A stretch of DNA of 63,885 bases, counting the filler, from Octopus bimaculoides (taxonomy: Eukaryota): assembly GCF_001194135.2 (NCBI RefSeq). It is 7 parts of 6 records of this genome, joined end to end, with 100 filler letters (N's around TTAATTAATTAA, not from the genome) between each part and the next. Parts side by side here need not be neighbours in the genome. Positions count along the whole stretch, not along the records: positions 42,867 to 54,122 come from NC_068989.1; positions 54,223 to 59,576 come from NC_068992.1; positions 59,677 to 63,885 come from NW_026327257.1; 4 more parts are not named here. One strand, written 5' to 3'. Position 1 is the first letter of the stretch. Each line of letters starts with the position of its first letter. The notes below the pieces were generated by a model. The model saw nothing but the letters and a program-made list of their open reading frames with translations. It did not search any database and was not told where the DNA came from. Below are positions 49,095 through 61,625 of this stretch, piece by piece. The translations under genes were made by a program, and so were the position numbers.

Positions 49095-52000
49095 AACACA
49101 AAAGTACATATGCGTAGACTTTTACAAGTGAGTAAATGCATATATGTAGGTGTTTGTTTGTATATATATATACATATATATATATTCATACATGCACATA
49201 TCTGTTAATGGATAAATAGTTGCGTGAGTGTGTATATACATGTATGATTACATTTTATGTGTAAAGGGAAAATACTGGAATTAATTTTAAAATTCTTAAT
49301 TAGTCCAAATATTAATTATTTCTTAAGGAAATGAGAACCTCAGTCTGTTTAAGCATGATATACGTTCTAAAGAATACACACAGAGGTGATAATAAGCAGA
49401 TATCTAAGAATACATAAAATTATAAACATGAATTTGCATAATCAAGAATTAATTTTCTATCAAATATCTTCTAAATATAAAGTTGTGTTGACTAAAAATA
49501 ACTGATGTCTAATTGCTTGCAATACGTATTAACACATAAAAGAAAAGAAAGTTTGTTTCATAATATTGTGAATATTTTAGAAATATTTAATCAAAATGCA
49601 GTAATAATAATAATTGTAAATATATATTTTTTTATTCTAAGTTCATTTTATGAAACGTCTTCATTGTCTAAAGTGGTGTATGTGTATTTAACACTAAATT
49701 TCTAAAATGCTTAGGCGCATTAAATTGATTATTTATAAATTCATACAAGGGGAAATATAATCACGACTCTTCTTGACGTGACGCGTTTTAGAATATCAAA
49801 ATGAGCTTTGTCATCACCGAGTGAGTTCAAAATATAAAATATTATGAGATGAATTTCAGTCGCCATTTAAATTAGTATTATCTCTTAAAGTCATTTGAAT
49901 CATTTTCATATTAATATAACGAAAGCTCTTGGTTACTTTGCCGCAATGAATACAGTACTGTCATCCTTAGTAAAAGTATGATCTGATCTTGTCGGTGCTT
50001 ATGTTTTGGATATTATGTTCCAATGAGGTTATCCCGAAAATGCTTTATCGAGTAGCAAAGTATAATAAATCTATTTTAGAAAATTCAATATAAATAGTTG
50101 TACATTACTTGACATAGGCAATCAAATGCAAATTAACCAACAGAGCATAAATTTATTGATACAAAAATAAGGAGTTTCATACGTAGATACGTTTCATAAT
50201 ATGAAAATGTCATCTGCGCAAACATTATTATCATCCATATTCACTGCGGAACTGGCGTCGATTATTATTGAGTATTGGTACCAGATTGAAATGAGACTCA
50301 ATAAATATGAAACATGATCACGTCGATGTTTGTCAGCTTTAAAATTTATGTAACATAGGTAGTAGGCTGACGCATTGAATGATTGACATTTTTTTAGCTG
50401 AAGGGTTTTGCGGAAAACTCATTTCGAATAAGGGCTCTTTTCGAGAGAGAGAGAGAACTCATTTCGAGAGAGGACAGGAACAAGATCAACAAATTCATAT
50501 GGTACATGGTAACTGTTTGTTTCTAGTAACATCTTAGCATTAGATAGTAAAATTACTTCAAAATTTTTGATCGTATTATTTTTCCTTGAGTGTTTTATTA
50601 ACCTCAATGTACAGAAAATAAACACGTTTTATTCGATCGACTTTTCTCATAGGCGATCGATATACACTATATGTAATTCCGGTGCATGATACAATTTATT
50701 TGAGTCAACTAAACAGTGAAGCCTGTAGGTAGTAATTCAAAAAGCTAAACATGGGAAATATATTTTCTAAAATCAAATACGGTCATATTAAGAAAAGGAT
50801 ATATTAGATAATATGACCACAGTCGTCAAATAAAACATAATCCGGCGCCACTGGCCACAGTCTAAACTACCTGTTAGATTTGGTGGTCTTGATCTCCGTT
50901 CTGGATTGAACATGGCTGTGTCAGGCAATCTTTCCTCGCTCTCCTTCAGCAAGATACTTCATGGGATGGCGAACCAGATATGGCCCACGAACTGGAATCA
51001 GGCTTAGCTGATTGAATCGCTGAAGGCCTTGCCGTTCCCCAGAATGCGGATGTCCAACGTAACCGGGATTTTAACAGGCGCAAGTTCATCTTCGAGCGGT
51101 TAGGCACATCATTAGATGAACAACATCTTGCCTGCCGCCGCCCCGATTTGCAGCCAAAGGGCGTCGATTGGCTCAATTCGATGCCCTTCTCATCTACTGG
51201 TACTTTCTAGATGATGACTGCCCTCGTATTGGAATAGCCCTACACTGTAGCCCCGCATACGTGAGCCTCACAAATGTTGTGGAGCAGTAGAAAATGAATT
51301 CGGCCTGCATCTCTTATCCTGCACCATTAGCGCGGTCCGATCCCCCTAACACGTTGTTCTTAATATCATAAGTAGAAGGGGTCTAGACGTGGCTAGCTTC
51401 CCAACTGAACTGCAACCGATAGGTTCCTGGCGGAATAATCCTCTTCCCATTCGAAGGAGGCACACACTAAGTCTAGGATGCGACAAGGAACAGCAGGTTC
51501 TCCAGCTCCAGCCTTGCTGCATCGGCTGCATACCCGGTGGTCGCCGCCCATTAGGCGGAAGAGAGAAAAACCAATAATTACAGGAGTCTGACAGGCCGCT
51601 ATAAGTTTGTATCGGTCACCGTCGAGAAGTCAGATTTTGTGTGACCCCCATACTACTGATTTCCTCCGCAGAGTCGATATGACGGCAGCCGGTAAGAGAA
51701 ATGAGTCCGGAGATGGGGTGGTTGATGAAACGAGTATCGCTAGTCATCATCTGCGGCAATGCCATCGCGCTTATTACTGCGGGGCGCAGATGAGCAACCA
51801 TTCGTTCCGAGGGGGTGTGACACATTACCCCTCTCCTCTATCTGCTGTTGTTGTATTATTTTTCGTTCTTTTTCTCTTTTCTCTTTTTTTATGTTTCTTT
51901 ACATTTAAATGTTATAATTTAAAATGTTATCTGGTGTATAATTGACTGCAGAAAAAACAAAAAAAAAATCAAAACAATGTCTTTGTTCTTTAATTCAAAC

Positions 52001-53370
52001 ATTTTCATAGTTCATATGCTTTTATGCTCACGGCTGAAATGTTGTTAAACAGCACTGACATCCAGCTATTTTACTCCAAAGCTCAAGTATTCTAAATGCT
52101 TAATCAACTGCAATTAGGATTTAATAACGCATCTAAGACAGTATGTCACTATGCTACCCACCAGTGAGATAACAAATTGCATTTTCTACCATTAGAAATC
52201 CCTGTCACTGACCAGCAGACGTAATTTAAGTGATATATTTTCAGCTACAAATAAATAACTTTATCAGAATTTTAATTCATCAATCAAGAGAAAGAAAAAA
52301 AGATAATACAAAGAGTTGGTTCAATACTTATAAAGAGTATTGTATTTGTTTGTAGAGAAAAATCCTCTAATGATCCAGATTAATTCCATTCTGGAATATC
52401 CTTTAGTTAGGATCCGGAAATCCTCAGATTCGTCACAATTTCAAGGCAGTCCTGATATATTTTGTTTTATAAACCTAATAATAATATAGATGAAAAGAAA
52501 AGTAAATACATGCGTGATATTACTGGAAAGGAAATAAATTTAGAATCTCATAGATTAACAGGCTGTTGCTGCCATGATATGAGGGGTAATGCAATTCGGA
52601 AATTAAGTTAACAGTACGATTGTGCAGTCTTAGACTTCGTGATTTTACTCTATAATATTTTGGAATTTAGAATTTGGAATTAACGTTATCGATTTTAAGA
52701 TAATATCATTCACACGCATGTAGATTTGATTGATTTAATATCTCAAAGAAGGAATATTGTTATCCTAAGGGTAAAAGTAAAAGATATCATGCAGTAATAA
52801 ATATCATTTTGTAGAAAGTTTGAACTTTTCCTACATAAATTGTCTTGAGAATAGATCATGGTGACATTGGTATATGATATTATTTTCAATATCAGAATAC
52901 AATATATTACTACTAAGTTTACTCTGAAGATTAACAATCTTAAAGTTAACTGGGCAAAAAATAAAAGAGGTGTACAATATTTTAAGGAAATGACGTTTAA
53001 ATCCCAACGCGTATAAAAAGTAGCGACAAAAAAAAAAGACAGTCAGAATTGATTTCAAATATAATTTATTAAAGAACTTCATAGGAAACAACAATTATTT
53101 TCTTCAAAGTGATAAATATATTTTCAAAATAAAATAGTATACGTTATGCACATTGAAATTAGTTCCTACCGTTTGTTTCTTACTTCCAAATTTCAGACAT
53201 TTGAAATAATTCACGTGCAAAACCATTATTTCCCATAAATGATACGTCAAATTTCTGGTCTGTTAAACCAATATCTGGAGAGCTGTGACAATATCATCAA
53301 TCCATCTTCGTGCATTATTGTAAGATCTTTTGTATTCCTGCAATGAGAATTTTGCATTTCTTTTTATACT
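45950..53370 (-). pseudogene. Possible heavily decayed LRR plus class-B/adhesion-type 7TM receptor gene
   Basis: AG/GT-bounded segment 52328-52451 reads NLRISGS*LKDIPEWN*SGSLEDFSLQTNTI (LRR-like); 50088-50240 reads MTFSYYETYLR..INLC..LCQVMYNYLY; 46587-46637 reads YIALNSVYGIYFFCVYF. Many stops; AT-rich DNA readily mimics TM segments. Confidence 0.25.
50900..51830. mobile_element. GC-richer decayed retroelement-like block
   Basis: Sharp GC and CpG rise with fragmentary endonuclease-like peptides; family uncertain. Confidence 0.4.
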
Positions 53371-53869
53371 GGGTTAGTGAATGCATCAATCTTTGAAATT
53401 GAAACTAAGAATGTATTTCGATGATGTTTTGTAGCAACATGGAATCAGTTTTTAAACTTATAGAAACTAAGAGGTGCTTCAGTCAAATATTGATCCACGG
53501 CATGCCTCAATTATTAGCAATACATGATTAGTCTATTAAGTCATTAAAATGATGCATTGTTTAGAATGGCAACTAAAGTATACAATAATATAGATTAATG
53601 ACAGCATTGATACTTGTAAGTACCTGTTTGCATTCGTATGTGTTTGGTAAATTAGGTACGAATATATTAACACGACAAATTACACAGATAGCATGTTAGA
53701 CGGGAGCATAATTTCACTAAGATTACTGAATATATACATTCATCGAATATCAATTACACTCTCTTGGTCTCTTTCACACACACACTCTTTCTTTCTTTTT
53801 CTTTCTCTCTCTGTATATATATATATATATAATATAATATTTGTGTATGTTTTGTATGCATATAGGCGC

Positions 53870-54010
53870 AGGCATGGCTGTGTGGTAAGAACTTATTTCC
53901 CGACCACATGCTTCCTGGTTCAGTGGCATCTTGGTTGCGCGTCTTCTACTTTAGCCTTGGGGTGACCAAAGCGTTGGCAGTGGAATTGGTAGACGAAAAC
54001 TGAAAGAAGC
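53870..54010 (+). mobile_element. SINE 5' portion
   Basis: GGCGCAGGCATGGCTGTGTGGTAAGA head and GGAATTGGTAGACGAAAACTGAAAGAAGCC. Confidence 0.7.
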
Positions 54011-54077
54011 CTGTCTTATACATACATATATATATATATATATTAATTTTATTACTAATTGACGATTCCCTGCCCTA

Positions 54078-54122
<45 letters not shown>

Positions 54123-55004
54123 NNNNNNNNNNNNNNNNNNNNNNNNNNNNNNNNNNNNNNNNNNNNTTAATTAATTAANNNNNNNNNNNNNNNNNNNNNN
54201 NNNNNNNNNNNNNNNNNNNNNNAGGGGAGAGATGGGTGGTAGGAGGGAGGGTGGGGGAGAGAGAGAGGAGGAGGGGGTTAGATGAAGAGTGGAGGGGAGT
54301 TGGTCTTGGAGGGGTAGGGTGGTGGGATGGTAGGTGAGGGGAAAAGGGGTGTATTTATGTGTGTGTGTTTGTCCCACCCACCATTGCTTGACAACCGATG
54401 TAGGTATGTTTAAGTCTCTGTAACTTAGTGGTTCAGCTGAACAGACCTAGAGAATAAGTCCCGGGGTCGATTTCTTCAACTAAAAGGTGATGCTCCGGCA
54501 TGGCCACAGTCAAATGGCTAAAACAAGCAAAAGGAAACAATAAAAGAATAGTTCCAAGATTTTGATGATGTGATTATTATTTTACGAATGACATCATAGG
54601 GTAAGCGTGAGAAGTCAGATCACGCCAGTTTGACCATAAAACAGGTAGAATGTGATGTGGTCAGATATGGATGGATACAGTCAGTTTAGATGCTAGCGGG
54701 TAAAGAGAGATTTGACTGCTGTCTCTAGCCGCTTCAGTGGTAAGAAAGAGGCTCCGTCATTGGCTGTGAAGTATTCTTTTTCTATACGGTATGATGCAGT
54801 CATCGTAAGTTTTGAGACGCTAAAAATTAGTCAACATAAAGTACTGAGATCCTTTGAGTGTAAGTATAGCTACTTATACTTCTAATGCAATTTCTTAAGT
54901 ACGCCAGGACAAACAGAATAAAGTGGGAAGCTTCGACTGAGGACCGAAATTGGGTCACAGAGTTTTCTACAGAGCTCGCCTAATAAACAACCAAACTGTA
55001 GTAC

Positions 55005-55390
55005 AGACGGGGATATGTGGTTAAGAAGCTCACTTTGCAGCCATGTGGTCTTGGGTTCAGTCCTACTGCACGGCACCTTGGGCAAGTGTCTTCGACTATA
55101 GCCCTGGGCTGTCCAATGACTTGTGAATAAATTTGGTAGACAGAAACTATGTGGAAGTCCACTGTGCACGTGTGGGGGGGGTCCCCTCTTGTCAAGCTGT
55201 GGGTAGAGGGGACCCACAGCTTGACAATCAGTCTTGGGTTTGTTTACATCCCCATGACTGAGCAGTTTCGCAAAAGAGACCAATAGAATAAATATCAGCT
55301 TTAGAAAATAGTACTAGGGATCAATTTATTCAACTAAGCCTTTCAAGGCGATGCCCCAACATGGCCACAATCTAATGACAGAAACAAGTA
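55005..55390 (+). mobile_element. SINE, near full length
   Basis: GTGGTTAAGAAGCTCACTTTGC...GGTTCAGTCC...CACCTTGGGCAAGTGTCTT head and CATGGCCACAATCTAATGACAGAAACAAGTAAAA tail. Confidence 0.85.
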
Positions 55391-55440
55391 AAAGGATGTA
55401 TGTGGGTGTGTGCATGCATGCACACACACATACACACACA

Positions 55441-55549
55441 CAGGGTGCGGTGAATAGCTTGTCATCTAAGTTACACAAAAATGAAAATAACACTGACATA
55501 TCATGACACGGCGGTGCATCGGCATGGCCGCAGCTCTAAGCTGAAACTA

Positions 55550-55584
<35 letters not shown>

Positions 55585-56220
55585 TTTAACAGTTATATTT
55601 ACCAAAATTACATAAAACTATCTTGAAATACTAAAGAGTAAATCTATTCAATAAAATCACCATTGGCCACCAGACGACTTCGGAATCTCCTGCGACTCTT
55701 CTGGACGGTCTCCTTGTTTTAGTTGGTGAATGCTGCCATAATCCTTGCCTTCAGTTCATCTTTGGTGTTACAAGGAGTTTTGTTGGTCTCTCGCTCAACT
55801 GCACCCCACATATAATAGTAAAAGAGGTTGCAGTGTGGGGAGCTAGGTGGCCAGATGTTAGGGGTGATGTGGTTGCAGAAATTGCCTGACAGCTATGACT
55901 GGGTTCTTCTACTTGTGTGGCATGGTACAGAGTCCTGTTGCCAGATATAGGGTCTTCCAGCAGACACCCCCTTGATCCAGAACGGCAGGCACTTGATGTA
56001 GGCCTCCGTGTTGAGTCTGAGGCCGTGTGGGAAGATGAATGGAGGTATAATGTCGCCATCACTAGTGATCACTCCAAACACCATGATGTTGACTGGATGC
56101 TTCATTTTTATCACTCTCGGTACATGTTTTGGGGACACAGCAAGTCAATGTTTGTTCTGTGTGTTCACCATCTTTTCGTATTGAAGCTTCCAGCATGAAT
56201 GCCAAACAGTACAGTATGTC
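55441..56220 (-). mobile_element. Tc1/mariner superfamily (maT-like) transposon remnant
   Basis: KHPVNIMVFGVITSDG, WQQDSVPCHTSRRTQ, WPPSSPHCN and WGAVERETNKTPCNTKDELKARI peptides; CAGGGTG terminus at 55441. Confidence 0.9.
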
Positions 56221-56395
56221 ATTTCCAAATTTCTAGCTGAGTGAATTACATCATGGTGCTGTTTTTCTCACAGACGGTGCCCAATTGACCCTACTATAAT
56301 GTGTTGTTGACAAAATCAAAAACAAACAATGTGCAAAATCAGAAATATAAAACGGCAACAATTGCACCTTGTATATGTATGTATGTGTATATCCC

Positions 56396-56458
<63 letters not shown>

Positions 56459-56514
56459 AATCCCAAAAAAAGAACAAGCACAAAAAAAAACAACACGAGG
56501 CCGTGGTACATGTA

Positions 56515-56660
56515 AAGTATTAGCAGACGCTCAGGAAAGGGAAGAAAGATGGTTTCACGTTTCAAGCAACGCTCTTCTTCAGGAACAGAGGAGAGTTCAA
56601 TAAAAAGGAAGACAGAGGAAGAAAATCACCAATGATTCACATGTGGTTACAATCAACCCT
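56515..56660 (-). mobile_element. Penelope-type terminal repeat with degenerate hammerhead-like core
   Basis: Reverse complement reads CTGAAGA-AGAGC(GTT)GCTT-GAAACG at 56582-56558. Confidence 0.45.
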
Positions 56661-56728
56661 TTCTGGCATGGAACATAAATGGGAAATGATGATGATGATG
56701 ATGATGATGATATATCATCACTGATTAT

Positions 56729-56839
<111 letters not shown>

Positions 56840-57464
56840 TACAAGCATGCACACACTTATAGATATCTTATAGATATTTTTTCCAAAACTCATGCAATAT
56901 AAATTAGTTATGATTTTAATAATCTCCACCTGTCTCATAACAAATTGCAATTAACCTTATTCTGATATAGGTCGGCTCTACATTCACTTTGATATTAAGT
57001 CATCAAGCTACACATATTTATAACAGAAATGCGGAATCCAGTAATGTATACATAGATGTAACATAGTTAAGGTCTGTAATACAAACTGTCCATGAAAATC
57101 CTGAGTTAGGGCAGACCATACTTGTTTCGTCTGTAGTACAGCTCAACCTAAGCTTGCAATAGAAAAAAAAAAAAACTACACTAGTTGATCAAGCCTTTAC
57201 AAAGTTGTTCAAACTGCTAGAAATAACAAATTTCTCATAGAAATTACACTACCATCTTGAAAATAAAAATTTTAAAATTCAAGAATTTATTAGATTAAGT
57301 AGTCTACATTTGAAATAGTTAAACACTGGACATAGCTGAAACCAACTAGAATGACAATGATCATAGGTATGCACAACCAGGCCTGGCCTGGTGTTAAAAA
57401 ACACCAACACTATATTGAAGGAAGGGTCAGAACCACTGTAAAGTGAGAGTCCAAAAGAACAGTG

Positions 57465-57750
57465 TCGTGAGTTCGAATCTCGGACCGGGCTGCATGTTGT
57501 GTTCTTAAGCAAGACACTTTATTCCACATTGCTGCAGTTCACTCAGCTGTAGAAATGAGTTACAACATCACTGGTGCCAAGCTGTATCAGCCTTTGCCTT
57601 TCCCTTGGATAACATCGGTGGCGTGGGGAGGGGAGGCTCATATGCATGGGGTGACTGTTGGTCTTCCATAAACAACCTTACCTGAACTTGTACCTCGGAG
57701 GGGAACTTTCTAGGTGTAATCCCATGGTCATTCAATGACCAAAGGGGGTC
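57465..57750 (+). mobile_element. tRNA-derived SINE with central conserved domain
   Basis: GTCGTGAGTTCGAATCTCGGACCGGG B-box, TTGTGTTCTTAAGCAAGACAC, then a GC-richer core. Confidence 0.75.
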
Positions 57751-58524
57751 TTTCCTCCTTCTTCCAAAAGAATCATAGAGTACTCCTATCTACTCAGGAA
57801 AAGTGTCAGAGTATTCTACCCAGAACATCTAACAGTACTTTTGTCTTTTCTGCCCACAGTATTCCTGTCTATTCATCCTAAAACATCAGATAGGTACCAC
57901 ATCTATTTTGTCCAAAACATTACAGACTACTCTTGTCTATAACTCTCAAAACATCATATAGTATTTCTGTCTGTTCCTCCCCAAAACGGTTATATAATAC
58001 TCCTGCCAACTCTTATGGAGTCTTCCTGTCTATTCTGCCCAAAACATCCGAATACAGTTATCTATCTTCAATAAAAGATCCACATAGAAACACAGTCAAC
58101 TAAATCGACACAACAAAATCTCTCACCAACAACAATCCTACATCACCGAGACCTTGGTTTACTCCAACAACAGTCCCCTATAAAAGGTACAAAGGCTACT
58201 ACAGCAAATCAGAACCCACGTCTATGACTGCTACTGCAATATAAAATATGTTGGTGTACAAGAATTAGTATATTCACACCTACACACATTGGCGCAATGG
58301 TCTGATGCCAAAATCCACAACAAGAGCTCTCTGCATTTGTCTATCAACAAATGGAATAAAGTTCCAGAAGCTACAATTGGAACCATCCCAGCAGATAGAG
58401 TACAAACTTACCCCCCAAAAAAAGCACAGTGCACACACATGGACCTCCTGTCACTTCTTCACTCCACAATACACTAAACCGGTGATTGAGCTGTTGGATT
58501 CTCTTTCAGATTATAAGTGAACAA

Positions 58525-58680
58525 GTATGGCCATATTGTTGAGAAGCTCACTTTGCGACCACGTGGTTTCAGGTTCAGTTCCACTGTGTGGCACCTTGGG
58601 CAAGTGTCTTTTCCTATAGCCCTCGGCTAATCAGTGCCTTGCTGAGAGAATTTGGCTAACAGAAATGATATTGGAAGCCC
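58525..58680 (+). mobile_element. SINE 5' portion
   Basis: Matches the 55005 copy (AGAAGCTCACTTTGCGACCACGTGGTTTCAGGTTCAGTTCC...CACCTTGGGCAAGTGTC). Confidence 0.8.
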
Positions 58681-58683
58681 CCC

Positions 58684-58750
<67 letters not shown>

Positions 58751-58984
58751 TGAGACAGAGATAGACAGACAGAAAAAGAGAGAGATTGTTTACAATCTGC
58801 GCGTCACACAAAAAAAATCACTGAACTAAAGGCAGCGAGGCTAGTCAATATTCCGCCAACAAATCAACCGCAAGCTTGGCACTTTCAAATGAAAAATCGC
58901 TTATATGAGAAACAAGTATAGGTTAACGACCAGGTAGGCAACTGAGATCACAACACTCCCCTAAGTCTGAAAAGGACACCAGTG

Positions 58985-59345
58985 CATTGAACGGTTATAC
59001 TCTCAGCTATGGCTGGAATTCATTCGCTGTCAAGTAGACTGGAGAAATGTGAAATGAACACGTGTTACCTCATACTGAAATTGAAACCACAGTCATATGC
59101 TCTTGAATGCAGCACACTAACCACTGGCCAAGTACCTTCACGCACGCATGCACACAAGTACGTGCTTTATCGTTTATTTGTTTTAGTCATTAAACTGTGG
59201 AATTTTAATGAATGAATCGACCCCAGTACTTCTTTATTAAGCCTGGTACTTTATTCTATCAGTTCTCTTTTGCTGAGCTGCTAAGTTACAAGGATGTAAA
59301 CACACCAACACCAGTTGTCAAGCAGCAGTAGGGGACAAACCCAGA
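58985..59345 (-). mobile_element. Two adjacent SINE fragments
   Basis: tRNA-like head (reverse complement) near 59070-59130 and family body at 59170-59345. Confidence 0.65.
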
Positions 59346-59376
59346 CACAAGAAAGACATGCATGCATGCATACATA

Positions 59377-59415
<39 letters not shown>

Positions 59416-61367
59416 CAACATACATACATAGTGGTTGTCTACTCCTTGTGCAGAGTTTGACCACCTCCTCTACTTACACCTCAGAACCATCGTGGCATCT
59501 GATGTGGTTTTTTAAAACTAGACAATGTTTTGAAAAGACACCCACATAGATTGCATATGCAATTTGGACCACCAAGNNNNNNNNNNNNNNNNNNNNNNNN
59601 NNNNNNNNNNNNNNNNNNNNTTAATTAATTAANNNNNNNNNNNNNNNNNNNNNNNNNNNNNNNNNNNNNNNNNNNNTATTTATAAGTCTTGGTCGAGCCT
59701 ACTTCTTCGCTTGGGGGCGTCGACACAACAGATTCAAAACTACGCTTCTTACTATTATTTCGTTTTATGCTTACCTACAATAGCCACANNNNNNNNNNCT
59801 ACGCTTCTTACTATTATTTCGTTTTATGCTTACCTACAATAGCCACATGACTTTACTGGTCACGCAACCTGTTAGAAATAGCAACCAATTCCCTCCCAAA
59901 GTGTGATGAATGCTAAAGCACTTCTACCAGCTCAAATGTATTTTTATCGACTTTCATTNNNNNNNNNNATGCTAAAGCACTTCTACCAGCTCAAATGTAT
60001 TTTTATCGACTTTCATTTCCAGATCATGGCTGGTCACTTATTTAGACAAAACCCAAACATGTATATGATAACAATTTTCATTCAATATTTTATTTTTCAT
60101 ATTTCCCTATATTTTAATTTTTAGATGAAAGCTTGAAATTTCGATTTAAATAAGAAACTGCCAGTGTTTTCTCTTTGTAGCTACATGTTAATTTTAATAA
60201 ATACCCTAAAATATCTGACAAATATAATAGTTTGTATAACGTGTCTTTTATGTGAACTAAATCAGCCAAATCTGAATTTTATCCCAACAGAAATGTTATG
60301 GTTTATTTTTTAAAACTTCTGTCCGTTGTGTCAATGCTCATCCATTTCAGAGTCATCACACCTCTGTTCTCAATAAAAGTTTGCTGAAATTGGATCCCAT
60401 TTTGTCACAGAAGAGGCAACTATGGAGTGCAAGAATGTTATGTTAGTAACTTTAGCTCTTTCTTGTAACACTGCATTCAGATCTGCAGAAATGTTCCGCG
60501 ACACAAACGACTCTCACTGAATCATGCAAAGAGTGAAAGAAGTAAGTATTTCATTCTGTCTCTGGTGTGAATGGGGTTTTCTGGAGGTTGCTTCTGTGAA
60601 TTGAAAGATTCTGATATACTTTCAAAACAACCGTATATGATTAATGCTCTAAAACGGAGTCAAAAGGTTTTGAATTTTTGTAGTGTTCATACTTTCAGAC
60701 AAAACAATTCTTAGAAATTACGTGAACAGTTATTCTTTCAATATTTCTCAAAGTCAATCCATTATATTTCCCCATTTTCATGTGAAATTATGTCGTTCTG
60801 AGAGGATGACTTATTTATGAATGCATGATACTCCTTGAGGTTTGTGACTCTCCTCAGTTACATCATCATCATCATCATCATCATTTTCTCTGGTATTATT
60901 CTTTGATTGATTTGACCAATTATGGTAAATATATTTTGTCGTTAATTAAAATATGCCAATTACTGTCACAATCTTTAAGCAAAACATGATGAAGATCTCA
61001 CTCACCAAAGGAATTGATTTGAGTCGTCACAGTTGAAAGTTATACATTATAGTTTTATAGAATCTGTAAAAGATTTATATTTTCTCAGGTTTTCACACTT
61101 GGCCCTTCTAGAAATAAATTTACTGCAACAAATTAAATTCGATACTAACTATGTTTCTCTTAGTATTCATAAAAAGTAACTTGTTTTATAGAACTTTCAG
61201 GAAGAAAGATCATGTTTATATTTTTCTTGTGTTTTTACATCACAGAAAATGTTTGAATATAATTTCGCTTCCAGTTTTTGGAACTAAAAATCAGTCAGAT
61301 ATTATTTGAAATATTTTTATACATTTATACAGAATTTAACACCAAATAATTTGTTTTCATACCAATA

Positions 61368-61625
61368 TGTACCCTGCGAGTAAGCGAAAGCAAAATAGTG
61401 TGGTCAATCGTCGTGGTTTGTTTGTCTGTGTGTTAGAAGCAATAACTGGGAAGCAGCTGAACAGATTTTCACCGAGTTTGGCAGAAATACTCAGTGGGTA
61501 ACTGACTAAAACTGAATAAAATTTGGTTTGATTATCTGCAAAACTGACGGATGTGTGAATCAAAATGTTTTGACTGTGCAAATGTTTTGCGAAAGAAATT
61601 ATGAACGCAGGTTATGGATCGTTGT
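61368..61625 (+). mobile_element. DINE-1/HINE-like (Helentron-associated) element
   Basis: TACCCTGCGAGTAAGCG start, (GTTT/GTCT) microsatellite core, then AATAACTGG...CAGATTTTCACCGAGTTTGG. Confidence 0.45.

Noticed and set aside
52421-52466. In-frame TGA in ISGLP*NCDE read as selenocysteine
   Set aside because: No SECIS was identified, no selenoprotein family resembles it, and neighbouring frames suggest a decayed sequence.
54857-54880. 10-bp imperfect hairpin AGTGTAAGTA-TAGC-TACTTATACT
   Set aside because: Short and AT-rich; within chance expectation.
60411-60541. Plus-strand AG...GTAAGT segment with MECKNVMLVTLALSC signal-like peptide
   Set aside because: All three frames from the 60411 acceptor stop before the donor, and no partner exons were found.
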